Shown piece after piece: positions 8,256-17,100 of a stretch of 32,000 nucleotides of DNA. The first letter of the stretch is position 1. Each line of letters opens with the position of its first letter. Where the stretch lies: the NCBI RefSeq assembly GCF_000007985.2, contig NC_002939.5:3780001-3812000 (forward strand), written 5' to 3'. The notes under the pieces were generated by a model, which saw only the letters and a list, made by a program, of their open reading frames with translations, was not told the origin of the DNA and did not search any database. The DNA comes from Geobacter sulfurreducens PCA (lineage in GTDB: Bacteria; Desulfobacterota; Desulfuromonadia; Geobacterales; Geobacteraceae). The position numbers and the translations under genes are program-made.

Positions 8256-8753
8256 TCATCCCTCCGCGGCTGCAAGCTGCCGCCGCTCAGTCGCCAGGAT
8301 CTCCCCGGCCCGCTCCAGCGTCACCCGGCCGTGGAGGGTGTCGCCGACCATGAGCGTCGGGGCTTCGCCGCAGTTGCCAAGGCAGCAGCAGGGCAGAAGC
8401 GTAAAGAGCCCGTCCGCCGTGGTTCCCCCCGGTTCGATGTTCAGCGCCGCTGCCAGGTGCGCCATGAGGCTCTCGCCCCCCAGGGCCCAGCAAGAAATGG
8501 AGTCGCAGACGTGGATCACCCGCTTTCCCACGGGGCGGCGGTAGATCATCTCGTAGAAGGTGGCCAGCTCCTCCACCTGGAGGGGGGTGAGTCCCAGGAG
8601 CTCCGCCGCCTCCCCCACTGCCTCGTCGGTGAGCCAGCCGTAGTGGCGCTGCAGCGCTTTCATCACGTCCACGGCCGCCTCACGGCTGGTGACGGCGTGA
8701 GCGACGCGGGCCTGAAGTTCCTTTTTGAGAAGCTCCGAGATCATCGGCGTCAC
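8256..8753 (-). CDS. nuoE: NADH-quinone oxidoreductase subunit E (2Fe-2S)
   Basis: 165 aa. [13 protein letters not shown] ... [18 protein letters not shown] is a typical NuoE thioredoxin-like 2Fe-2S motif. GTG start 8751..8753 overlaps the nuoBCD stop (GTGA). Confidence 0.95.
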   Translation of the reverse strand: MTPMISELLKKELQARVAHAVTSREAAVDVMKALQRHYGWLTDEAVGEAAELLGLTPLQVEELATFYEMIYRRPVGKRVIHVCDSISCWALGGESLMAHLAAALNIEPGGTTADGLFTLLPCCCLGNCGEAPTLMVGDTLHGRVTLERAGEILATERRQLAAAEG

Positions 8754-11128
8754 CTGTCCAAATCCGCCAGCACGAAGTCAATGGACCCGATGATGGCCAG
8801 AAAATCCGCCACGAGCCACCCCCGGCTCATGAGGGGGAGGGCCTGGATGTGCGGGAAGCTCGGCGTCTTGATCCGCACCCGGTACGGCACGTTGAGGCCG
8901 TCGCTCACCACGAAGTAGCCGTTCTCCCCCTTGGGCGCTTCGATGGCGCTATAGTTCTCCCCCTTCGGCGGCGCCATTCCCCGTGTGGCATTGATGAAAT
9001 GGTGAATCAGGGATTCGATGTCGTGGAGGGCGTCCCGCTTCTTGGGCAGCACGTAACGGTAGTCATCGGTGATCCAGCGCCCGGCCGGCATCTCCTTCCA
9101 GCACTGGCGGACGATGTGGAGCGACTGGCGGATCTCCTCGATCCGGACCCGATAGCGGGCCCAGCAATCCCCCCCCTCCTCGGTCGGAACCTCGAAGTGG
9201 AAGTGCTGGTAGCCGTTATAGGGGATCTTTTTCCGCAGGTCCCATTCCACGCCGCAGGCCCGCAGGTTCGGGCCGGTGATTCCCCACTCCAGGGCCTCGT
9301 CCCCGGTGATGACGCCCACCCCTTTCAGCCGCTCCCGGAAAATGGGGTTCCCCTTCAGGAGATCCTCGTACTCCTTGAGCCGGCCCGGCATCCAGTCAAG
9401 GAACGCCTTCACCGCCCCGTCCCACCCCTCGGGGAGATCGTCGGCCACGCCGCCGATCCGGAACCAGGAGGGGTGCATCCGGCCACCGGTGACCATCTCC
9501 ACAATGTCGAAGATCTTCTCCCGGTCGGTGAACGTGTAGAAGACTGGGGTCATGGCCCCCACGTCGGCGGCAAAGGTGCCGAGCCAGACCAGATGGTTGG
9601 CGATCCGGAAGAGCTCAGCCAGCATGACCCGGATGGCGATGCCCCGGTCCGGCACGGTGATGCCGCAGAGCCGCTCCACGCTGTTCACGTAGGCCAGGTT
9701 GTTCTGGACCCCGGCCAGGTAGTCGATCCGGTCGGTGTAGGGGATGAACTGGTTCCAGTGCTGGCGCTCGCCGATCTTCTCGGCACCCCGGTGGTGGTAG
9801 CCGATGTCGGTATCCATGTCCACGATCTCTTCGCCGTCCAGCTTGAGGACGAAGCGGATGATGCCGTGAGTGCCGGGGTGCTGGGGCCCCAGGTTCAGGA
9901 TCAGTGTTTCTTCGTCAATTCTATCGAAGAAATCAGAGGCAGGCAGGGCCTGATGGCGCCGGGCGTCGTCCGTGGTGTAGGGATGCATCTCCGTTGCCCG
10001 GAAGGGGTGATTTTTCCGCAGCGGGTGCCCCTCCCAGTCGGGTGGCATGAGGATGCGGCGCAGGTTCGGGTGGCCGGCGAACTGGATGCCGTACATGTCG
10101 AAGGCCTCCCGCTCGTACCAGTCGGCCGCCGGGAAGACGCTTGTCGCGCTCGGGATCTCCGGCGTATCCCCTCGCAACTCGGCCTTGATCCGCAGATGTC
10201 CGGGGATGTGGAAGTTCAGTAGGTGGTAATTGACGGTGAAGTCCGGGAACCGCGACCGCTCCCGGCGGCACGACTCATCCACGCAGGCCACGTCCTCCAG
10301 ACGCCGGAAAGGAGCGGCGCTCCGGGTTTTCAGGTGGCGCAGCACGTCCGGCAGCAGCTCCGGCGGGCAGCGGTAGGTGAGCATGTCGGTAGCGTGATCG
10401 TCCCGCACCACCCGGTGGCCGAAGGCCGTTTCCAGTTCGCCGGCAAGACCGAAGTCGGGGAACTGGTGCTTTGGGGCCGGCGGGCGCCACATCTCGTCCG
10501 AGCGGGGCATTGGGAAATGGGGGTGCTGCACCGAAGTCCCCCTGATGGCGATCCCCTCCATGCCGGGTCCCCGGGTGTCGCGGGACTTGGTCACCCCGTC
10601 CACCAGCACCGGCCGGGTGGTTCCCTCGCTCCCGCCGGCCAAGTGGAGGACCTTCCTGGCGGGGCGTTCTTCCCTCCTGATTTTTTCCTGGAGCAGCATC
10701 AGCCCCTGGAGGAATGCCTCGGGGCGCGGGGGACAGCCGGGGACGTGGACATCCACCGGGATGATCTGGTTCACCCCCTGGACCACGCTGTAGACGTCAT
10801 ACATGCCGCCGGAGTTGGCGCAACTCCCCATGGAGATGACCCACTTGGGCTCGGCCATCTGCTCGTAGAGCCGGAGGATTGACGGGGCCATCTTCTTGAA
10901 GACCGTGCCGGCGATGACCATGAGGTCCGCCTCCCGGGGGGTGCCCCGGAGCACCTCGGCCCCGAAGCGGGAAACGTCGTAGCGGGAGGTGAAGGAGGTC
11001 ATCATCTCGACGAAACAGCAGGAGAGCCCGAAGAACATGGGCCAGAGGGAATTGGCCCGGCCCCAGTTGATCAGGTCGTCCAGGCTGGCCAGAATGATGT
11101 TGTTCTGTGGGACCTCAGTCTCGGACAT
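8750..11128 (-). CDS. nuoBCD: Fused NADH-quinone oxidoreductase subunits B, C and D in one polypeptide
   Basis: One uninterrupted frame. NuoB part: [38 protein letters not shown]. About 100-aa linker. NuoC part: [32 protein letters not shown]. NuoD part: [38 protein letters not shown]. Preferred start is ATG 11128 (MSETEV..) behind GGAGGGG; the track start 11143 is also possible. Confidence 0.93.
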   Translation of the reverse strand: MSETEVPQNNIILASLDDLINWGRANSLWPMFFGLSCCFVEMMTSFTSRYDVSRFGAEVLRGTPREADLMVIAGTVFKKMAPSILRLYEQMAEPKWVISMGSCANSGGMYDVYSVVQGVNQIIPVDVHVPGCPPRPEAFLQGLMLLQEKIRREERPARKVLHLAGGSEGTTRPVLVDGVTKSRDTRGPGMEGIAIRGTSVQHPHFPMPRSDEMWRPPAPKHQFPDFGLAGELETAFGHRVVRDDHATDMLTYRCPPELLPDVLRHLKTRSAAPFRRLEDVACVDESCRRERSRFPDFTVNYHLLNFHIPGHLRIKAELRGDTPEIPSATSVFPAADWYEREAFDMYGIQFAGHPNLRRILMPPDWEGHPLRKNHPFRATEMHPYTTDDARRHQALPASDFFDRIDEETLILNLGPQHPGTHGIIRFVLKLDGEEIVDMDTDIGYHHRGAEKIGERQHWNQFIPYTDRIDYLAGVQNNLAYVNSVERLCGITVPDRGIAIRVMLAELFRIANHLVWLGTFAADVGAMTPVFYTFTDREKIFDIVEMVTGGRMHPSWFRIGGVADDLPEGWDGAVKAFLDWMPGRLKEYEDLLKGNPIFRERLKGVGVITGDEALEWGITGPNLRACGVEWDLRKKIPYNGYQHFHFEVPTEEGGDCWARYRVRIEEIRQSLHIVRQCWKEMPAGRWITDDYRYVLPKKRDALHDIESLIHHFINATRGMAPPKGENYSAIEAPKGENGYFVVSDGLNVPYRVRIKTPSFPHIQALPLMSRGWLVADFLAIIGSIDFVLADLDR

Positions 11129-11543
11129 GGCCCCTCCGTGCACGGGACGGTCCCCAGTCGAGGCCCCCCTTCAGCCAGAGCCAGACGAGGCCGAGAAGGA
11201 GGATAACGATGAAGAAGGTGATATGGACGAGCCCTTGAAGGCCCAGTTCGCGCCAGGCCGTGGCCCAGGCGAAGATAAAGGCCGCCTCCACGTCGAAGAC
11301 GATGAAGAAGATGGCAATGAGGTAGAACGGGACCGGATAGGCGAGCCGGGCCGAACCGGTGGGGATTGCGCCCGATTCGTAGGGGAGTTCCTTGTTGCGG
11401 TTCGTGGTCTTGGCGCCGAGCCACCAGGCAGCCAGGAGAAGCACGCCGATCAGAATGGATGCCGCAAGGGTGTAGAGCGCCAGGGGAAGGAACTCGGGCG
11501 GCAACGAGGGGAAGAGGGAATGTGAAATGCCGGCTGGTTGCAT
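11115..11543 (-). CDS. nuoA: NADH-quinone oxidoreductase subunit A
   Basis: 142 aa, 3 [42 protein letters not shown] is the NuoA/ND3 signature. ATG 11543 behind AAGGAGAG. The 3' end overlaps nuoBCD by 14 nt. Confidence 0.95.
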   Translation of the reverse strand: MQPAGISHSLFPSLPPEFLPLALYTLAASILIGVLLLAAWWLGAKTTNRNKELPYESGAIPTGSARLAYPVPFYLIAIFFIVFDVEAAFIFAWATAWRELGLQGLVHITFFIVILLLGLVWLWLKGGLDWGPSRARRGHVRD

Positions 11544-11581
11544 TCTACTCTCCTTGGCGTCGAGTGAAATGCCGAGTTCAT

Positions 11582-11609
11582 ACTCTAGCGCAATCGGGAC
11601 TCATGTCAA
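11582..11609 (-). promoter_or_regulatory. Candidate sigma70-type promoter for the nuo locus
   Basis: Minus strand reads TTGACA (11609..11604), 16-nt spacer, TAGAGT (11587..11582). The predicted start is about 30 nt upstream of the nuoA ATG. Motif reading only. Confidence 0.45.
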
Positions 11610-11642
11610 CGGTTTTGAGGGAAACGCCGATGCCCGGCCACA

Positions 11643-12095
11643 TTAGCGCAGGGCATCGCGGACCCGGGAAAGCACCGCCTCTCTGGGTAGTGCACCGCTC
11701 CAGGTTGCGAGCACCTGCCCCCGTCGCAGGAGCACCAGGGCCGGAATCCCCCGGATGCCGAAGCGGGCTGCCAGCTGCGGGTTCTCCTGGGTGTTCACCT
11801 GAACCACTGCCGCCGTGCCGGCAAGCTCCCGCGCAACCTCCCGCACCACCGGTGCGAAGTCCCGGCAGTGGGGTCACCAGGGGGCCCAGAATTCAACCAG
11901 AACGGGGCCATGATAGCCAGCGACGAACGGGTCGAAACTCCGGTCGGTAAGCGGGACCGGCTGGAAATAGAGGGGCGGGAGCACACCGCGGCAGCTGCCG
12001 CAGCGGCCCGCAACCCCTTCCCTGGATGCCGGCACCCGGTTGCTCGTGCCACAGGCGGGGCAGGCAACGAGAAATGACTGGCCGCTCTCTGCCAT
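11643..12095 (-). CDS. trxC: Thioredoxin 2 (TrxC type with N-terminal Zn finger) containing an in-frame UGA at the first active-site position; candidate selenoprotein (WUPHC)
   Basis: Track ORFs 11874..12095 and 11643..11849 share a frame and are separated only by TGA 11874..11876. Joined product: ..ACPACG..CGSCRG..GPVLVEFWAPW-U-PHCRDFAPVV...FGIRGIPALVLL.., colinear with E. coli TrxC, with UGA in place of the first Cys of WCGPC. Confidence 0.75.
11840..11873 (-). promoter_or_regulatory. SECIS-like stem-loop immediately 3' of the in-frame UGA
   Basis: mRNA: UGA CCC CACUGCCGG [GACUUCGCA] CCGGUGGUG C GGG. Nine contiguous pairs (two G.U) plus three more after a 1-nt bulge. The 9-nt apical loop begins with G, 13 nt after the UGA. 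Confidence 0.55.
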
Positions 12096-12104
12096 GGGAG
12101 GTTC

Positions 12105-12572
12105 CTACCCCTGCTTGGCGAGGAACTCCGCCACCTGCGCCGGATGGGCCTCTGCCTTGGCCACCTTGGACCAGTGCTTCACCACCGTCCCGTCGGGACC
12201 CACCACCACTGTGGAGCGGATCGTGCCCATAGTAGTCTTGCCGTACTGGACCTTCTCGCCGAAGGCACCGTAGGCGGTCATCATGGCGGCGTCCGGATCC
12301 GACAGAAGCGTGAAGGGGAGGCCGAAGGCCTTGATGAACTTATCGTGGGACGCGAGGCTGTCTTTGCTGACGCCGAGAAGAACAACGCCGCGCGCCATCA
12401 GATCCTGGTGCAGATCCCGGAAGCCGCAGGCCTCCTTGGTGCATCCCGGAGTATTGTCCCGGGGATAGAAATAGATGACGACCGTTTTCCCTGCATAGTC
12501 TTTCAGGGAGTGTTTTTTCCCGTCACTTCCCTCCAGGGTGAAGTCGGGAGCTTTTTTGCCTTCCAGCGACAT
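12105..12572 (-). CDS. bcp: Peroxiredoxin, Bcp/PrxQ type
   Basis: From ATG 12572 (SD AAGGAGG): MSLEGKKAPDFTLEGSDGKKHSLKDYAGKTVVIYFYPRDNTPGCTKEACGFRD. The PGCTxExC motif is typical of Bcp. Stop is 9 nt before the trxC ATG. Confidence 0.93.
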   Translation of the reverse strand: MSLEGKKAPDFTLEGSDGKKHSLKDYAGKTVVIYFYPRDNTPGCTKEACGFRDLHQDLMARGVVLLGVSKDSLASHDKFIKAFGLPFTLLSDPDAAMMTAYGAFGEKVQYGKTTMGTIRSTVVVGPDGTVVKHWSKVAKAEAHPAQVAEFLAKQG

Positions 12573-12634
12573 GCCTGCCTCCTTGGTGAATCGAATCCGA
12601 CAGGAAAAACAGTTTACCCCATTCCCGGTCGTTG

Positions 12635-13846
12635 TCACCCCTGCCCATTCAGGAGCGCGGCCACCTCCTCGGCGTAAACCATTTCCTCATCGGTGGGAAT
12701 CACGTAGACCGCAACAGGCGAGTCATCGGCGCTGACCCGCTCCTCCCGGTCCACGGAACGGGCAGTTCGGTTCCGCTCCCGGTCGAGCCGGATGCCGAAG
12801 CATGCCATGTCGGCGAGGGCCTTTTCCCGCACGAGCCATTCCCCCTCCCCCGAGGCCGCGCTGAAGACCACGGCGTCGAGCCGGCCGAGGGCCGCGGCGT
12901 AGCCGCCGATGTGCTTCCGGAGTCGGTAGGCCTCCATCTCCAGAGCCAGGAGGCACCGCTCATCCCCCGCGATGGCCCGGGCCAGAAACGCCGACCGGTC
13001 CAGCTTGAGGCCGGTGATGCCCGCGGCACCGCTCCGCTGGTTGAGAATCCGGTCCAGATCACGGGGCGAGAGCTGTTCTTCCTGCATCATGAACGGGGGA
13101 ATGCCCGGGTCGATGGAGCCGCAACGGGTTCCCATCATGGTCCCTTCCAGCGGCGTGAGACCCATGCTCGTATCAATGGAGCACCCTCCCTCCACGGCGC
13201 AAAGGGAAATCCCATTGCCGATGTGGATGGTGACCAGATTACAGAGGGCCGGCTCGCGCCCCAGGAGCGCCGCCCCCCGCCGCGCCGCATGACAATGGGA
13301 GGCGCCGTGGAAGCCGTAGCGTCTCACGCCGTGCTGCTCGTACCACTCCCAGGGGAGAGGGTAGAGGTAGGCATGGAGCGGCATTGCCTGGTGGAATGCC
13401 GTGTCGAAGACTGCCACGTGGGGAATGCCGGGCAGAGTAGCCATGGCTCCCTCGATCCCCGCCAGGTTCGGGGGAATATGGAGCGGCGCCAGTTCCTCCA
13501 CGGATCTGACCGCCTCGATGACCTTCCCGTCGATGGGAACCGAGGAGGTAAACCGCTCCCCCCCGTGAACGACCCGGTGCCCCACGGCGGTGATCTGCTC
13601 GACCCGGGAGAGGGGACCCTCCAGGGGGTGGGTCAGGGTGGCGAGAATAAGGGCCACGGCTGCACCGAAACTGGAGCAGTCAGACTCCAGGTGATAGGGG
13701 TCCCGCCCCGGTACCTCCATAGAGATGAACGAGTCGCCCAGCTCGATCCGGTCCACGTCCCCCCGGGCGAGGACGGTCCGCGTAGACCAGTCGAAGAGCT
13801 GGAAGTGGATGGAAAAGCCCCGGCAATTGAGAATCAGGATAATCAT
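12635..13846 (-). CDS. Acetate/propionate kinase family protein, divergent paralogue
   Basis: From ATG 13846: MIILILNCRGFSIHFQL.., GHRVVHGG, APLHIPPN, VAVFDTAFH, YGFHGASH, HIGNGIS, DTSMGLTPLEG, GTRCGSIDP. The usual N-terminal GSSS and C-terminal GIGEN motifs are replaced by RGFS and SGEG. Confidence 0.85.
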   Translation of the reverse strand: MIILILNCRGFSIHFQLFDWSTRTVLARGDVDRIELGDSFISMEVPGRDPYHLESDCSSFGAAVALILATLTHPLEGPLSRVEQITAVGHRVVHGGERFTSSVPIDGKVIEAVRSVEELAPLHIPPNLAGIEGAMATLPGIPHVAVFDTAFHQAMPLHAYLYPLPWEWYEQHGVRRYGFHGASHCHAARRGAALLGREPALCNLVTIHIGNGISLCAVEGGCSIDTSMGLTPLEGTMMGTRCGSIDPGIPPFMMQEEQLSPRDLDRILNQRSGAAGITGLKLDRSAFLARAIAGDERCLLALEMEAYRLRKHIGGYAAALGRLDAVVFSAASGEGEWLVREKALADMACFGIRLDRERNRTARSVDREERVSADDSPVAVYVIPTDEEMVYAEEVAALLNGQG

Positions 13847-13878
13847 GTGTCTTCCCGTATCGTGGGATGTGTGGGCTG

Positions 13879-14067
13879 TTACCCCCAATGGATGCAGGAG
13901 ACCGGACAGGTGTCAACGGCCTCCTGGATCTTTTCCTCGGCAGCGCCGGCCGGATCGTACACCTCGGCCAGGTTGTCGTCGTCAAACCGGAACACCTCCG
14001 GAACCGTCTCAACACAAAGACCGCAGCTGATACAGACATCTTTCTCGACGTACAGATTACGGCTCAT
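13879..14067 (-). CDS. Small mono-cluster ferredoxin (62 aa)
   Basis: From ATG 14067 (SD AGGAGG): MSRNLYVEKDVCISCGLCVETVPEVF...DTCPVSCIHWG. The CxxCxxC...CP pattern fits a single [4Fe-4S]/[3Fe-4S] ferredoxin. Confidence 0.85.
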   Translation of the reverse strand: MSRNLYVEKDVCISCGLCVETVPEVFRFDDDNLAEVYDPAGAAEEKIQEAVDTCPVSCIHWG

Positions 14068-14101
14068 GGTCGTTCCTCCTTGCATCCTCAGGGGGATGCC
14101 G

Positions 14102-17100
14102 TCACTCGGTGCTCCTGGGGGTAACGATGTTCTTCTCCGGCACGATCTTAACGAAACAGCTCCGGGTGTCGGCAATGATCCCCTCCACGGCGTCGGCTTC
14201 TTCCTCCTGGTGGGAGTGGAGGAGCTCCCGGTGGTACTTCAGGAGGAGCTCCCCAATGCTTGCCACATCCTCTTCCTCAACGTCCCGGATCTCCACCCCG
14301 GCCCCTTTGGCCAGCCGCCGACGCAGGGCCTCACGGGTGAACCCCATGGCTCCGTCCAGGTGGCAGTACACCACGCCACCGGTCATGCCGGAGCAGATCC
14401 AGGGGCCCGGATCCCCCAGGACCACCACCCGTCCGGCGGTCATGTACTCGAAGGCGAAACCCTTAAGGTTTGCCCGGGAGGCGATGTCCCCTCGAAAGTC
14501 GTCAACCGGCTCGCGGATGCGGGAGCCGAAGACCACATCGGCCCCGGAGAGCCTGATGCAGGCCCTGCTGTCGGCATCTCCCTGGACAAGGAAGGTTCCT
14601 CCCTGGGCACCGTAGGCGAGCCCCTTGCCCACAGTCCCACCCACCCGGCGCCCCTCCCGGTTCTCACCCTTGAGGATGACGATTCTGCCGCCGGAGGTAC
14701 TCTTGCCCACGCCATCCTGAGCCCCTCCCTCTACCCGGATGGTGAGCCGGTCGATGGAAAAGGCGGCCAAGCCGTTGCCCGGGATGGAGTCGCGCCGGAA
14801 CTGGAGGAGCGCCCGCTGCCCGGTCCGAACGCGCCCCTCGGCCACACCGCGCTCCAAGGCACCGGCCAGATGGGTGCCGATGGCCCGGTCGGAGCTGGTG
14901 GCACTGTCGTCATCGTACCGGACCCGCTCCTCGCCCTTGGCGAAAGAGTCGGTCACGAGCCCGGAGATAAGAGAGGTCAGGTAATTGAGGGGCTTGCGGA
15001 TGATGCGCACCTCGGGTTCGAAGGGCTGATGCTCCTCCGGTCGGGCCGGGCGGAGCAACTCCGTCAGGTCCAGGCGGTCGAGGCCCCGGGCCTGGGCGAG
15101 GAGATCGCTCCGCCCCACCAGGTCCTGGGTGCGCCGGAAGCCGAGCTTGGCAGTGAGGATCCTGATTTCCCGACTCATCCCCCGGAAAAAGGTGCTCATG
15201 TAAATGACCCCGTTTTCCAGCACCCGGGGAACGAACCGCTTGAGTCCCCGGGCTTCGGCCTCCTCCGCGGTTTCGATCTGGGTGGCGATTCCCACGTGGC
15301 AGGTCCCGAGATGGCAGCCCCGGCAGGCGGTGCAGCCGATGACCACCATGGCCATGGTGCCGAAACCGACCCGGTTGGCGCCGAGGAGCATGAGTTTTAC
15401 CACGTCCCGGCCGGTGCGGGCGCCGCCGTCGGCCCAGATCTCCACTTTCTGGCGCATCCCGGCCGCCACCAGCGCCTTGTGGGCCTCTGAGACCCCGATC
15501 TCCGCGGGCAACCCCACGAACTTGATGGCGTGCTTGCGGGCCGCGCCGGTGCCGCCGTCGTAGCCGCTGATGGTGATGATGTCGGCCCCGGCCTTGGCCA
15601 CGCCGAGGGCGATGGTGCCGATTCCCGCCACCGCTGGCACCTTCACCGACATGCGGGCCCAAGGGTTGGCGGTACGGAGTTCCTCGACGATCTGGGCCAG
15701 ATCCTCGATAGAGTAGATGTCGTGGTTGTTGGAGGGGGAAATGAGGCTGACGCCGGGCGTGGCGTGGCGAGCTGCAGCGATCTTGGCCGTCACCTTGAAG
15801 CCGGGGAGATGCCCCCCCTCGCCGGGCTTGGCCCCCTGCCCCACCTTGATCTCCAGAAAGTCGGCGGAGTTGAGGAATGCCATGTTCACCCCGAAGCGCC
15901 CCGAGGCGATCTGCTGCCCCCGGTTCTTCCGGTACTGCCCCAGCATGTCGGCGATTTCGCCCCCCTCGCCGTTCATGCAGATGATGTTAAGGCGCTTTGC
16001 CGCTTCGGCGTAGATCCTGAAAGGAGTCTCCCCCTGAGAACCGAAGCTCATGGCGGAAATCAGGATCGGCAGGTTATGGTCCCCCACGGTGGTGTCCACC
16101 TCGTCCGGGTCCACGGTCAGTTCCTGGGTGTAGCGGAGGTCGAGCAGGTGCCGGATGGCCAGGGGGTTCTCCGCCTCGTACTGCTGGATGAGGCGGGAGA
16201 GGTCCGCGTAGGTCTCCTCCATCTTGGCCACGGCCCCCACCATCTTCCAAATTTTGGGATAGAGCCGGAACTGGACCGGCACCGGTTGTTTTTCGCGGCT
16301 GCGGGCCACGGAGCTGCGGGAGCGGTTTTCCTCCTCCAGCCGCTCAAGGGTGAGCCCGCCCTGCCCCGAGCCGCAGAAGTTGGGGGTTTCAAATATCTCC
16401 GCCAGATGCCGGCAAAGGCCGATGGATGCGAAGTACTTGCCGTAGCCGCCGATCTCGTGGGTCCCCATGGTGGAGATGACCTTTTCGAGACCCTTGGCAA
16501 CGACCGAGAAGAGGTTCTTCATCCCCGGACCATCGCCGGCCCCTTCCCACATGAGATAGGGACAAAGGGCATCGGCCCCCATGCCGAGAGCGAATATGAG
16601 GTCGTGGAGGCTGCGGAGCGCCCCGGACCGGACCACCAGGGCGGTCCGCCGCCGCAGACTTTCCCCCGAGGCGTCGGTGGCCTCCTTGAGCCCCTTGTGG
16701 AGGACCGCCGTCACCAGAAACGGGTCGATGAAGCTCTTCCCCGGGGCGAAGCAGTCGCTGTCGTCCAGCAGGAGCACCGCAGCCCCCCGGGACACTGCCT
16801 CCACAGCCTCGCGGGTCAGGCGCGCCAGGGCGGCTCCCAGACATTCCTCCTTTGCCATGTGGCACGGAATTACCCGACACCGCCCCTTGCCCTCGCCAAA
16901 GGCGGCCACGAGCGCCTCCAGGCTGGCGGTGCCGAACTCCCGGGCCACGGCGGCGTCGGCCGCTTCGATGCCGGTACGGCGGCCACCGGTCAGCAGCGGC
17001 ACCTCCAGCGTCACCGCCAGGCGGGCGGGGCCTCGGAACAGGGGCCGCGGCCCCAGGTAGACCCTGGTGGAAAAATGCTCTGCCTCCCGTTCCCGGTCAA

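Noticed and set aside
12632-15490. Very long plus-strand ORFs: 12632..15490 (952 aa), 15530..17671 (713 aa), 24364..26226 (620 aa), 6553..8232 (559 aa), 8849..10222 (457 aa), 19894..21195 (433 aa), 747..1853 (368 aa) and others.
   Set aside because: Each lies antisense to a minus-strand gene with unmistakable family signatures (gltB, nuoF, nuoBCD, hemE, nuoH and others). Their translations are Arg/Gly/Pro/His-rich low-complexity strings with no motifs. They are typical stop-poor shadow frames of high-GC DNA.
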